A stretch of DNA of 64,000 nucleotides from Chloroflexota bacterium (GCA_016191345.1 JACPOU010000053.1:899-64898); one strand, 5' to 3'; numbered from the stretch's first letter, positions 41,566 to 50,651 are shown. Notes: generated by a model not told the origin, from the letters alone. Made by a program: numbers and translations.

Positions 41566-43116
41566 ATGCGAAAGGTGTGGGGGCTCTGGCCGGTCGTGCC
41601 GGCCATCGCGGCATTGGGGATGCTTGCCCTGCCGGACCCGGTCGATCCCCTGGCCCGGGCGATGCTCGGCGCGATCGTCGCCGTCGCGCTCGCCGCGGCG
41701 GTGATCCGCGCCTACCTCCGTTCCCGGATCGCGCCGCTCGTGATCGCCGCCGCGCGGATCGCCGCCGGCGAGACGGGCGTGGCCATCCCGACCCGCCGCG
41801 ATGCCCTCGGACGCCGCCTGGCTGCCGCCGTCACCACCCTCGGGGCGACGATGGCCGAGGCCCATTCGGAGGCCACCACGGACCTCCTGACCGGCATCCC
41901 CAACCGCGCGGCGACGATCGGCACGCTCTTCACCGAAGTCGAGCGCAGCCTCCGCTACCGGCGGCCGCTCGCGGTCGCCTTCGCCGACATCGATCACTTC
42001 AAGACGATCAACGACACGTACGGCCACGAGGCCGGCGACATCGTCCTCAAGGGCGTGGCCGCGACCCTCCGCGAGAACGTCCGGGCCTCGGACCGCGTCG
42101 GTCGGTATGGCGGCGAGGAGTTCATGGTCATCCTCCCCGAGACGTCCGTGGACGAGGCAGCGATGCTGGCCGACAAGCTCCGCCTGCTCGTCGCCTCGCA
42201 GGTCTACGCGATGCCGGATGGGACCGAGGTCCGGGTCACGATCTCCCTCGGCGTCACCGGTGGCACCGATCGCCTGAGTGTCGACGCGCTCGTCCGGGAG
42301 GCCGACGCCGCGATGTACTCCGCCAAGGCCCTCGGGCGCGACCAAGTCTATGCCTTCGAGGAGCCGAACGACGATTCGACCATTGTCCGGTCGCCGATCT
42401 CGCCGGCCGGCCGGACGACCGCCATGGATCTCGGCCGGCAGGCCCATGGGGCCGCGGCGGAAGCCCTGGCCGCGATCATCTCGCCCCTCCCCCACTACCG
42501 CGGCCAGCCGAGCGCGCTGATCGCCACCATCGTGACGAGCCTCGCCCGGCAGCTCAGCCTGCCCGACCACGAGATCGACAAGATCCGGGTCGCGGCGCTC
42601 CTCCACGACGTCGGCAAGGTCGGGATCCCCCAGGACATCCTCGAGAAGCCCTCGTCGCTCACCCCGGCCGAGTGGCGCTCGGTCGTCCAGCACCCGCGGA
42701 TCGGGCAGGTCATCCTCGAGCAGGCGACCACCCTTCGCGACGCCGTGCCGATCATCCTCCACCACCACGAGCGGTTCGGCGGCGCCGGCTACCCGTACGG
42801 GCTGCGCGGCCACGAGATCCCGCTGGGCGCGCGGATCGTGGCGATCGCCGATGCGTACGACGCGATGATCCAGGACCGGCCGTACAAGAAGGCGATCTCG
42901 CACGAGGCCGCGGTCGAGGAGCTCCGCAGCCACGCCGGGACGCAGTTCGACCCCGAGCTCGTCGAGATCTTCTGCGACATCTACGGGGCCATTCCGCCGG
43001 AGGCGGATCCGGCCGCCCTCGGGTTCGTCGCCGCGACCCGGGCGCATCGCTCCAGCGCCCGGCGCGGGCACCCGCATCCGCACCCGCACGAGCACGCGGC
43101 GACCGCCGAGGGCTGA
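41566..43116 (+). CDS. membrane-associated diguanylate cyclase (GGDEF) fused to an HD-GYP phosphodiesterase domain
   Basis: 516 aa: N-terminal hydrophobic helices, GGDEF domain (LTGIPNR, DIDHFKTINDTYGHEAGD, RYGGEEFMVIL), HD-GYP domain (AALLHDVGKVGIP, HHHERFGGAGYPYGL, ADAYDAM). Confidence 0.9.
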   Translation: MRKVWGLWPVVPAIAALGMLALPDPVDPLARAMLGAIVAVALAAAVIRAYLRSRIAPLVIAAARIAAGETGVAIPTRRDALGRRLAAAVTTLGATMAEAHSEATTDLLTGIPNRAATIGTLFTEVERSLRYRRPLAVAFADIDHFKTINDTYGHEAGDIVLKGVAATLRENVRASDRVGRYGGEEFMVILPETSVDEAAMLADKLRLLVASQVYAMPDGTEVRVTISLGVTGGTDRLSVDALVREADAAMYSAKALGRDQVYAFEEPNDDSTIVRSPISPAGRTTAMDLGRQAHGAAAEALAAIISPLPHYRGQPSALIATIVTSLARQLSLPDHEIDKIRVAALLHDVGKVGIPQDILEKPSSLTPAEWRSVVQHPRIGQVILEQATTLRDAVPIILHHHERFGGAGYPYGLRGHEIPLGARIVAIADAYDAMIQDRPYKKAISHEAAVEELRSHAGTQFDPELVEIFCDIYGAIPPEADPAALGFVAATRAHRSSARRGHPHPHPHEHAATAEG

Positions 43117-43339
43117 CGGGTCGCGACGGCGTAACGCCGCGGTGAGCCCGGGGTGATCCGCCCGTGACCGGGCGATGAGCGCTCCCTGCTACGGTCCACA
43201 GGCCCGCTGAATGCTCCGCCGGCCTCGCCGATCCGCCGACCCGCCAAGGGCCGCTCCGCCGAGGCCGGCATCTCACCCGCCCGCCGCACGCAGGGTCGGC
43301 CCGTGTCCCGTCGGCCGACCATCGAAGGAGATCCGGACC

Positions 43340-43783
43340 GTGAACAAGGTCCTCCTGACCGGCCGCCTCACCCGCGACCCCGAGATGCGGGCGCTCGCGA
43401 GCGGCAAGCACGTCACGCAGTTCAGCGTGGCGACCAACGAGTACGCCGGCAACGGCAAGGAGCGTCCCGAGTTCCACAACGTCGTCACGTGGGATCGGCT
43501 CGCCGAGATCTGCGGCCGCTACCTCGGCAAGGGGCAGCAGGTCGCGCTTGAGGGGCGCCTCCAGACGCGCACGTGGGACGACGACAAGGGCGGCCGGCAC
43601 TGGAAGACCGAGATCGTCGCGAACTCGGTCGAGATGCTCTCGGGCCGCAAGAAGAAGGACTACGCGGCGGAATCCGCGGCCGACGGCATGGAGCTCCAGG
43701 CGAGCCGCCCCGAGGGCTCGTCGGACGAGGCCGACGCCAGCGTCGATGCCGCCGACCCGATCCCGGAGCCCGTCGCGGCCTGA
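43340..43783 (+). CDS. ssb: single-stranded DNA-binding protein
   Basis: GTG 43340 follows RBS gaaggag (43324-43330). VNKVLLTGRLTRDPEMRALASGKHVTQFSVATNE...FHNVVTWDRLAEICGRYLGKGQQVALEGRLQTRTWDD is an OB fold. The tail is acidic and ends DAADPIPEPVAA. Confidence 0.9.
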   Translation: MNKVLLTGRLTRDPEMRALASGKHVTQFSVATNEYAGNGKERPEFHNVVTWDRLAEICGRYLGKGQQVALEGRLQTRTWDDDKGGRHWKTEIVANSVEMLSGRKKKDYAAESAADGMELQASRPEGSSDEADASVDAADPIPEPVAA

Positions 43784-43813
43784 CCCCAGCGCCGTCCTCC
43801 CCTCCCAGCGGTC

Positions 43814-43845
43814 CCGGCGGCGCCGACCCTCCCCGGCGCCGCCGG
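43814..43845. terminator. bidirectional stem-loop between convergent ssb and rsmI
   Basis: ccggcggcgccg-accctccc-cggcgccgccgg forms a 12-bp perfect stem. No U-tract is present. Confidence 0.45.
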
Positions 43846-43868
43846 CCCGTGCCCGGCGAGCGAACCGC

Positions 43869-44768
43869 CTACGGCGATTCGGCGGCGCCCGGGACGATGT
43901 AGAGCGCCCGCCGCGGGATACCCGTCTCGTCGGCCACGCGGCGGACGGCCTCGGAGCGGCGCAGCCCGCCCGCGACGAGGGAATCAATCTCGGCGAGGGC
44001 CGTGGCCAGACGCGCGCCGGCGGCGGCGGCGGCCGCGGCGTCGATGACCGCGGTCGAGTCGCCCTCCACGCCCCCGACGACGAGCACGAACTCGCCTCGC
44101 GGCGGGATCGAGCCGTCGGCGAGCGCGGCGGCAAGGTCGCCGAGGGCGCCGCGGACCACCTGCTCGTGGACCTTCGTGAGCTCCCGGCAGACGGCGCCCG
44201 GCCGGCCGGTTCCACAGGCCGCGGCCAGGTCCCGGAGCGTCGCCGCGGCACGCCCGGGCGCCTCGAACAGGACGGTCCCGCGCTCGTCGGCGGCGATGCG
44301 GGCCAGCCGATCGCGGCGCTCCCGGCCGCTGCGTGGCAGGAAGCCCTCGAAGGCCCAGCGCGGGCCGGCCAGCCCAGACACGGCCACGGCCGCCAGGACC
44401 GCCGAGGCGCCGGGAATCGCCTCCACGCGCCCGCCCTCGGCCGCCCAGGCCGCGGCCAGCTCCATCCCGGGGTCGCTGACCGCCGGCGTGCCGGCGTCCG
44501 TGACGAGGGCCAGGGCCGCGCCGCCGCGCAGGTGCTCCAGGAGGTGCGCCTCGCGGGCCGGGCCGCTCCGGGCGTGATAGCTGACCACGCGGGTCGCAAT
44601 CTCGTACCGAGTGAGCAGCCGCCGGGTCACCCGCGTGTCCTCGGCCGCGATGAGCGGCACGGCCTTGAGGGTCTCGATCGCCCGGACGGTCACGTCGCCG
44701 AGGTTCCCGATCGGGGTCGCGACGAGGAAGAGCGTGCCCGTACCGATGCTGCGACTGCCATCCGCCAT
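43869..44768 (-). CDS. rsmI: 16S rRNA (cytidine1402-2'-O)-methyltransferase
   Basis: 299 aa: LFLVATPIGNLGDVTVRAIETLKAVPLIAAEDTRVTRRLL, tetrapyrrole-methylase-like fold motifs. Confidence 0.9.
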   Translation of the reverse strand: MADGSRSIGTGTLFLVATPIGNLGDVTVRAIETLKAVPLIAAEDTRVTRRLLTRYEIATRVVSYHARSGPAREAHLLEHLRGGAALALVTDAGTPAVSDPGMELAAAWAAEGGRVEAIPGASAVLAAVAVSGLAGPRWAFEGFLPRSGRERRDRLARIAADERGTVLFEAPGRAAATLRDLAAACGTGRPGAVCRELTKVHEQVVRGALGDLAAALADGSIPPRGEFVLVVGGVEGDSTAVIDAAAAAAAGARLATALAEIDSLVAGGLRRSEAVRRVADETGIPRRALYIVPGAAESP

Positions 44769-44776
44769 CGGCGGGG

Positions 44777-45703
44777 TCAGCCTCCTGCCGATCCGGGCCG
44801 CCGCCGCGGGTAGAGGTAGTCCACGCCCGCCGTCCGCGGCCCGAGCTTCGCGATCGGCGGCACCTGGCGCTTGAACTCGGCGCCGGCGACCATCCGGTCC
44901 ACCCGCTCCACGAGCGCGGCGTCGAACCCCATCGCGACGACCTCATCGGGGGAGCGTCGCTTGTCGATCCGCCAGAAGAGCAGCCGGTCCAGCTCGGGGT
45001 ACGAGAAGCCCGCCTCGCCCTCGTCGGTCTGGCCGGGCCAGAGGTCGGCCGACGGGGCCTTCCGGATGATCGCCTCGGGCACGCCCATCGCGGCGGCGAG
45101 CTGGCGGACCTGGCTCTTGTAGAGGTCACCGATCGGGTTGAAGGCACAGGCGCTGTCCCCGAAGAGCGTCGTGTAGCCGATGAGCGACTCGGTCTTGTTG
45201 CCGGTCCCGACGACGAGCCCGCCCCAGGTCACGGAGCGGTCGTAGAGGACGGCCATCCGCATCCGGGCCGTGAAGTTGCCCCGCCGCAGGGCGCTGGCAC
45301 TCGCACCCTCGGCTCCGGACGCCCCGGCCTGGGCCGCCGTCCCGAAGAACCCGTCCACCATCGCCGTGACCTCGACGGTCTCGCTGGAGCAGCCGAGCGC
45401 CGCGACGACCGAGGCGGCGTCGGACAGCGACGCCGCCGATGAGCTGCGGTACGGCATCCGGACGCAGTGCAGCCGCTCCGCACCGATCGCCTCCGCGACG
45501 AGGAACGCCACGAGCGCGCTGTCGATCCCGCCGGACAGCCCGAGGACCGCCCGCTCGAAGCCGGCCTGGCGGAGCTGGCCGCGGATGAAGTCGCCGATGA
45601 CCCGCCGGGCGACGTCAGTGTCGATCGCCAGCTCGTCGGGGAGGATGAACAGCGGCGCCCCGTCGGCGGCCAGCGGTACGGCCGGCAGCGCCCGCCCGCT
45701 CAC
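44777..45703 (-). CDS. nadE: NAD+ synthetase, ATP-pyrophosphatase (NadE) subunit/domain
   Basis: 308 aa with GTG start. PP-loop GLSGGIDSALVA. Also VVGTGNKTESLIGYTTLFGD and the PEAIIRKAPSADLWPGQTDE region. Confidence 0.9.
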   Translation of the reverse strand: MSGRALPAVPLAADGAPLFILPDELAIDTDVARRVIGDFIRGQLRQAGFERAVLGLSGGIDSALVAFLVAEAIGAERLHCVRMPYRSSSAASLSDAASVVAALGCSSETVEVTAMVDGFFGTAAQAGASGAEGASASALRRGNFTARMRMAVLYDRSVTWGGLVVGTGNKTESLIGYTTLFGDSACAFNPIGDLYKSQVRQLAAAMGVPEAIIRKAPSADLWPGQTDEGEAGFSYPELDRLLFWRIDKRRSPDEVVAMGFDAALVERVDRMVAGAEFKRQVPPIAKLGPRTAGVDYLYPRRRPGSAGG

Positions 45704-46695
45704 GCGGCGCCGGCCTTCGGGCTGCCGGGCCCACCCCGCTTCGCGTCGAACCCGATGGGCCGGCCGGGAACGATCCCCGGGGCGACGTCGAGGCCCTCCT
45801 CGGCCCCGGGCTCCGCGGTCGAGTCGCCGGCCATGCCGGCCCGCTCGGCGATGATCCGGCCGAGCTCGCGGTGCTGGAGCTCCAGGCGCTCGTCGCGCAG
45901 GAGCGGGAGCGCCACCCGCTCGCGGCGGACGTCGGCGAGGTTGATCTCGCAGGTGAACACGCCGTCATCGAAGAGCGGCGCGGAGAAGAGCGTGGACCCG
46001 TCCGGCCCGATGACCTCCGAGCCGCCCCAGAAGGAGATCGACTCATCGATCCCGACCCGGTTCACGAACACGACGAAGGACGTCGTGAGCTGGGCGTAGG
46101 TGCGCATGAGCGATCGCCACGACGTCGCCGTCCCGAGGCCCACCTCGTTCGTGGCCGCCAAGTCGCGGCCCGGCGACGACGAGACGTTGATGAGGAGCTG
46201 CGCGCCGTCGAGGGCGAGGAGCTGCGCGACCGGCAGGTGCCAGAAGTCCTCGCAGACCGCGAGCCCCACCCCGAGCCCCAGCCGCGACGGGACCGCCCGC
46301 AGCAGGTCGCCGGAGGCGAAGAACCGCCGCTCGTCGAAGAGGCCGTACGTCGGCAGGTGGAGCTTCCGGTGGACGTGCCGGATCTCGCCGTCCTCCATGA
46401 GCGCCGCGGCGATGAAGAGGCGATGATCCGCAGACTCCTCCACGAACGAGACGACGGCCGAGAAGCCGCGTGTCGCGGCCGCCAGCCGCGACAGCCGCGG
46501 GTCGTCGAGGCGCATCGAGACCTCGGCCGCGAGGTCCTGGAGCTGGTAGCCGGTCAGGCCCAGCTCGGGAAAGACGACGAGGTCCGCGCCATCCGTGCGC
46601 GCCGTGGCGAGGATCTCGTGGTGCCGGGCGAGATTCTCCTCGAGCGCGCCGAGGCGGGGCGCAAGCTGGGCGAGGGCGATTCGTCGAGTCTCCAC
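45700..46695 (-). CDS. carbon-nitrogen hydrolase (nitrilase superfamily), probable glutaminase partner of NadE
   Basis: GTG 46695 within ORF 45700..47217: VETRRIALAQLAPRLGALEENL, VVFPELGLTGY (catalytic Glu), HRKLHLPTY (Lys), LAVCEDFWH (Cys). Its stop overlaps the nadE start (GTGA at 45700-45703). Confidence 0.85.
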   Translation of the reverse strand: METRRIALAQLAPRLGALEENLARHHEILATARTDGADLVVFPELGLTGYQLQDLAAEVSMRLDDPRLSRLAAATRGFSAVVSFVEESADHRLFIAAALMEDGEIRHVHRKLHLPTYGLFDERRFFASGDLLRAVPSRLGLGVGLAVCEDFWHLPVAQLLALDGAQLLINVSSSPGRDLAATNEVGLGTATSWRSLMRTYAQLTTSFVVFVNRVGIDESISFWGGSEVIGPDGSTLFSAPLFDDGVFTCEINLADVRRERVALPLLRDERLELQHRELGRIIAERAGMAGDSTAEPGAEEGLDVAPGIVPGRPIGFDAKRGGPGSPKAGAA

Positions 46696-46708
46696 GTTGG
46701 CCCCGAGT

Positions 46709-47190
46709 CTACTCGGCGGTCGCGGTGCTCTCCGGGGCGACGTCGGCACCGAACTCCACCACCGCGGCCGGGGCCGTGGTCGCGTCCTCGGGGACGATGA
46801 CCTCGCCGCTCGCATCAGCGCCGGCCGCGGTCGCCGTGACCGGTGCCCGCTGGCCCGTGACCAGCGCCTGCTCCACGGATCCGGCGACCTCTTCGGCGAA
46901 GTGGCAGGCGACCGTGTGCCCGCCTTCCATCTCCCGGAGCACGGGCTCCTCGGCGGAGCAGCGCTCCGGCTTGCCGAGCCGCTCGCGGAGCCAGCACCGG
47001 GTGTGGAACCGGCAGCCGCTCGGCGGCGCGGCCGGCGACGGGACGTCGCCGCGGAGGATGATCCGCTGGCGTCGCCGCTCGACGGCGGGATCCGGGATCG
47101 GGACCGCCGACAGGAGCGCGACGCTGTACGGGTGGAGCGGCCGGGCGACGGGCCGTCGAATCCGCTGCGGGCCCCACGGTCGGCGCCCAT
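46709..47190 (-). pseudogene. 5'-truncated remnant of an OppF/DppF-type ABC ATPase gene (C-terminal oligopeptide-transporter domain only)
   Basis: Manual translation of the frame of ORF 46709..46942 extended upstream: ...[86 protein letters not shown]... This aligns with the C-terminus of the intact OppF at 47878-48200 ([60 protein letters not shown]...HQAACHFAEEI). The frame is closed by an in-frame TAG at 47192-47194. There is no ABC domain, and no ATG/GTG/TTG precedes the Cys motif. Confidence 0.7.
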
Positions 47191-47260
47191 CCTAGCGACT
47201 CGATGGGGCAGCGTCACCTCTTCCGACGATGTCCCCGGCCCATGGTGGATGCGGTTCCCG

Positions 47261-47881
47261 TCACCGAAGCAGCTGCCGCTTCATGAACAGGGCCTGCTCG
47301 GCGAGATCGCCGAGGTCCGAGCTGACCTTCACGTAGGCGTCGTTGCCCGCGAAGAACGTCGTCAGACCCGTCTCCACCGCGCTCGTGTTGCCGGCCGTGA
47401 GGCCGTCACGGACGTCGGTGGCCCCCTTGAGCATCTGGGCATAGGCAGGCTCCAGGCGATCCCCGACGGACTTCGTCTCCGGGTAGGCCTGCATCTTCGG
47501 GATGTTCTTCTGGTTCTCGGTCAGGAACTTGATCGCGTCGTTCATGACCTGGAGGATCCGGGCCGGGTCCTCCGAGTTGACGGCCGCGATCACGTCGTTG
47601 GCCATCGTCGTGAAGTCGCCGTCCGCCGCGCCCAGCGCGATGGCGGCCTCGACGACCGTGGTCGGCCAGGCCGTCGGCTTCGGAACCGCGGTTCCGTCGC
47701 CGGCGCTCGCGCCGGCGCTCGCGCTCGGTGGCGGAGACGATGACGACGTCGCCGGCGAGCAGGCGCCGGCAAGCGTGGCCATCGCCACGATCACGGTGGC
47801 CACGATCGCGACCGGCGCCGAGAGACCACTGCGACGTGGACCTGCCGCCGGACGGCTGCGCGCGAGCCCGGATCGCCTCAT
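47261..47881 (-). CDS. hypothetical lipoprotein (206 aa)
   Basis: ORF 47261..48022, start at MRRSGLARS (ATGA overlap with the oppF stop at 47878-47881). Signal/lipobox VAMATLAGAC, Ser/Pro-rich linker, then a helical domain (DPARILQVMNDAIKFLTENQKNIPKMQAY...). Confidence 0.6.
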   Translation of the reverse strand: MRRSGLARSRPAAGPRRSGLSAPVAIVATVIVAMATLAGACSPATSSSSPPPSASAGASAGDGTAVPKPTAWPTTVVEAAIALGAADGDFTTMANDVIAAVNSEDPARILQVMNDAIKFLTENQKNIPKMQAYPETKSVGDRLEPAYAQMLKGATDVRDGLTAGNTSAVETGLTTFFAGNDAYVKVSSDLGDLAEQALFMKRQLLR

Positions 47882-49521
47882 TCGGCGACGGCCGTCTCCA
47901 CGGCGGACTGCGTCGCGGCGGTCTCCTGGACCACGGTCTCGTTGATCTCCTCGGCGAAGTGGCAGGCCGCCTGGTGGCCGGTGTCGTCGAGGACGCGGAG
48001 CAACGGCTCGGTGGTCACGCACTGCTCGGGGTTCCCGAGCCGCTCGCGGAGCCAGCAGCGGGTATGGAACCGGCAGCCAGGCGGCGGCGCCGCGGGCGAG
48101 GGCACGTCGCCCTTGAGGACGAGCCGCTTGCGCCGCCTGCGGGGATCCGGGTCGGGGATGGCCGAGAGGAGCGCCACCGTGTACGGGTGGCGGGGATTGC
48201 GATACAGCTCTTCGACCGTGCCGAGCTCCGCGATCTTGCCGAGGTACATGACCCCGATCCGGTCGCTGAAGTATTCGACGACCGAGAGGTTGTGGCTGAT
48301 GAACAGGTACGTCAGGTTGAGGTCCCGCTTGAGGTCGAGGAGCAGGTTCAGGACCTGGCTCTGGATCGAGACGTCCAGCGCAGAAACCGGTTCGTCGCAG
48401 ACGACGAAGTCCGGGTTGAGCGCGAGGGCACGGGCGATTCCGATCCGCTGCCGCTGGCCGCCCGAGAACTCGTGGGGGAAGCGACGCGTGTAGTCACGGC
48501 GGAGGCCGACGATCTCGAGGGAGTCCTCGACGCGCTTGTCGCGCTCGGCCCGGTTCGTGATGCCCTGGGCGTAGAGGCCCTCGCCGATGATGTCGGAGAC
48601 CGGCATCCGCGGGTTCAGGGAGCCGAACGGGTCCTGGAAGATGATCTGCATCCGGCGCCGGAGCGGCCGCATGTCCTCGGGATCGACGTCCTCGAGCTCG
48701 AAGCCGTTGAAGATGACCTTGCCGTCCGTCGGCGGCGTCAGCTGGAGCAGCGTCCGGCCGAGGGTCGTCTTGCCGCAGCCGGATTCGCCCACGAGGCTGA
48801 AGACCTCGCCCGGGTAGATGTCGAAGTCCACGCCGTCGACGGCATAGATCGTCCCGATCTGGTGCCGGAGCAGGCCACCCACGATCGGGAAGTGCTTCTT
48901 GAGACCGCGGACCGAGACGAGGGGTTCGATGTCGTCGCGCCGGATCGCCTCGATGATCGGGACGACCGGGGCGGCGCCCGCCTTGATCGTGAGATCGGCG
49001 ATCTCGTGCTCCTTCTCGAGCACCTCGACGGTCGCGATCGCCGGACCCTCCACGTTGCGGAGCTCGGTGAACCACGACCAGCCGCGGGCAAGCGCCCAGC
49101 TGATGTTCAGGCCGATGAGGGCGAGGACCAGGCCGAAGAACCCGATGCCGAAGGCTCGGTTGCCGTCGGCGTCCTCGACCGAGAAGACCGCCGCGATGAG
49201 CGCGATCCCGAGGCCCGCCAGGCCCGTGCCGATGGCCACCGACAGCCCGAGCGCCCAGAGCCGCCGATCACGGTAGCCCCGCGTCGCGAGGTAGCCGAGG
49301 CCGGCCACCACGTAGGCCGGCCAGAGGCTCGTGAGCGTGTCGACCGCGCCCTTGATCCGGAGGAAGACGATCACGACCACGAGGATCGCCACGATCAGCA
49401 GAACGATGGCAAAGACGCCGAGCAGGATGCTGCGGGCACGCTGGAGCGGCGGAGTCAGTCGCCGCCGGAGCCGGGCCTTGACCTCGGGGGCGGCAAGGCC
49501 GGTCTCGAATGCTGACTCCAT
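47878..49521 (-). CDS. oligopeptide/dipeptide ABC transporter ATP-binding protein (OppF/DppF-like) with N-terminal ~190-aa four-helix membrane extension
   Basis: ORF 47878..50088, start at MESAFETG (ATG 49519-49521), 20 nt after the oppD stop. N-terminal hydrophobic segments: ILLGVFAIVLLIVAILVVVIVFL, LWPAYVVAGLGYLA, LWALGLSVAIGTGLAGLGIALIAAVF, FGIGFFGLVLALIGLNISWAL. The ABC core follows in the same frame: Walker A GESGCGKTT, signature FSGGQRQR, Walker B FVVCDEPVSALD, and a C-terminal CRFHTRC motif. Confidence 0.85.
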   Translation of the reverse strand: MESAFETGLAAPEVKARLRRRLTPPLQRARSILLGVFAIVLLIVAILVVVIVFLRIKGAVDTLTSLWPAYVVAGLGYLATRGYRDRRLWALGLSVAIGTGLAGLGIALIAAVFSVEDADGNRAFGIGFFGLVLALIGLNISWALARGWSWFTELRNVEGPAIATVEVLEKEHEIADLTIKAGAAPVVPIIEAIRRDDIEPLVSVRGLKKHFPIVGGLLRHQIGTIYAVDGVDFDIYPGEVFSLVGESGCGKTTLGRTLLQLTPPTDGKVIFNGFELEDVDPEDMRPLRRRMQIIFQDPFGSLNPRMPVSDIIGEGLYAQGITNRAERDKRVEDSLEIVGLRRDYTRRFPHEFSGGQRQRIGIARALALNPDFVVCDEPVSALDVSIQSQVLNLLLDLKRDLNLTYLFISHNLSVVEYFSDRIGVMYLGKIAELGTVEELYRNPRHPYTVALLSAIPDPDPRRRRKRLVLKGDVPSPAAPPPGCRFHTRCWLRERLGNPEQCVTTEPLLRVLDDTGHQAACHFAEEINETVVQETAATQSAVETAVAE

Positions 49522-49541
49522 CGACGCTTCTCGAGCCTCCA

Positions 49542-50651
49542 CTATTCGCGCCCTCCCGACGGGAGGTTCCGGCCGACGTTCATCGCGACGTGATGTCGCT
49601 CCAGCGCGGCCGGGAGCCGCCCGGCTCCCTCCGGCGTGTGCAGGTGGCAGCGCGCGCGGTGGTTGTCGCCGCCGGCCCGGTAGAGGCCCGGAATGACCGT
49701 CCGGCAGCGATCCCAGGCGTATGGGCAGCGCGGCTCGAACCGGCAGGCCGGCGGCAGGTTGAACGGTGAGGGCACGACGCCCTTGATCGCTGACAGGCGA
49801 CCGCCGCGCTTCTCGACGCTCGGGATCGACTCGAGGAGGCCCATCGTGTACGGCGCGCGCGGCTCGAGGAGGACCTCCTCCACGGTCCCCTGCTCCACGA
49901 TCTGGCCGGCGTACATGACGATGACGTTGTCCACCATCTCGGCGACGACGCCGAGGTCGTGGGTGATGAGCAGGAGTGCCGACCCGGTCCGCTCCTGGAT
50001 ACTCTTGAGGAGCTCGAGGATCTGGGCCTGGATCGTGACGTCGAGGGCGGTCGTCGGCTCGTCCGCGATGAGCAGCTTCGGCTCGCACGACAGGCCCATC
50101 GCGATCATGACCCGTTGCCGCATGCCGCCCGACATCTCGTGGGGATACTGCTTGACCCGGCGCTCCGGGCTGGGGATGCCGACGAGCCGGATGCTCTCGA
50201 TGGCCCGGTCCCAGGCTTCCTTCTTGCTCACCCTCAGGTGGAGCTCCACTTGTTCGGCGATCTGGTCGCCGATCGTGAACACGGGGTTCAGGCTCGTGAG
50301 CGGCTCCTGGAAGATCATCGCGACGTCCTTGCCGCGGATCTTGCGCATCTCGTCGATGGGCATCGAGAGGATCTCGTGGCCGTCGAACCAGACCTCGCTC
50401 CCATCCCCGATGCTCGCCGGCGGAATGTCGAGGAGCCGCATGATCGTCAGCGCCGTGACGCTCTTGCCGGATCCGGATTCGCCGACGATGCCGAGCGTCT
50501 GACCGCGACGGAGCGAGAAGGAGATGTCGTCCACGGCCGGCACGATGCCGTCGAGGACCTTGAAGCTCGTCCTGAGGTTCCGGACGTCCAGGAGGATCTC
50601 CCGATCCGGAGGCGTCCCGACCGGGGCCGTGGCGGCGAGAACCTCGGTCAT
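49542..50651 (-). CDS. oligopeptide/dipeptide ABC transporter ATP-binding protein (OppD/DppD-like)
   Basis: From [10 protein letters not shown] in ORF 49542..51302: Walker [31 protein letters not shown]-terminal [12 protein letters not shown] overlap with the oppC stop (50648-50651). Confidence 0.9.
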   Translation of the reverse strand: MTEVLAATAPVGTPPDREILLDVRNLRTSFKVLDGIVPAVDDISFSLRRGQTLGIVGESGSGKSVTALTIMRLLDIPPASIGDGSEVWFDGHEILSMPIDEMRKIRGKDVAMIFQEPLTSLNPVFTIGDQIAEQVELHLRVSKKEAWDRAIESIRLVGIPSPERRVKQYPHEMSGGMRQRVMIAMGLSCEPKLLIADEPTTALDVTIQAQILELLKSIQERTGSALLLITHDLGVVAEMVDNVIVMYAGQIVEQGTVEEVLLEPRAPYTMGLLESIPSVEKRGGRLSAIKGVVPSPFNLPPACRFEPRCPYAWDRCRTVIPGLYRAGGDNHRARCHLHTPEGAGRLPAALERHHVAMNVGRNLPSGGRE

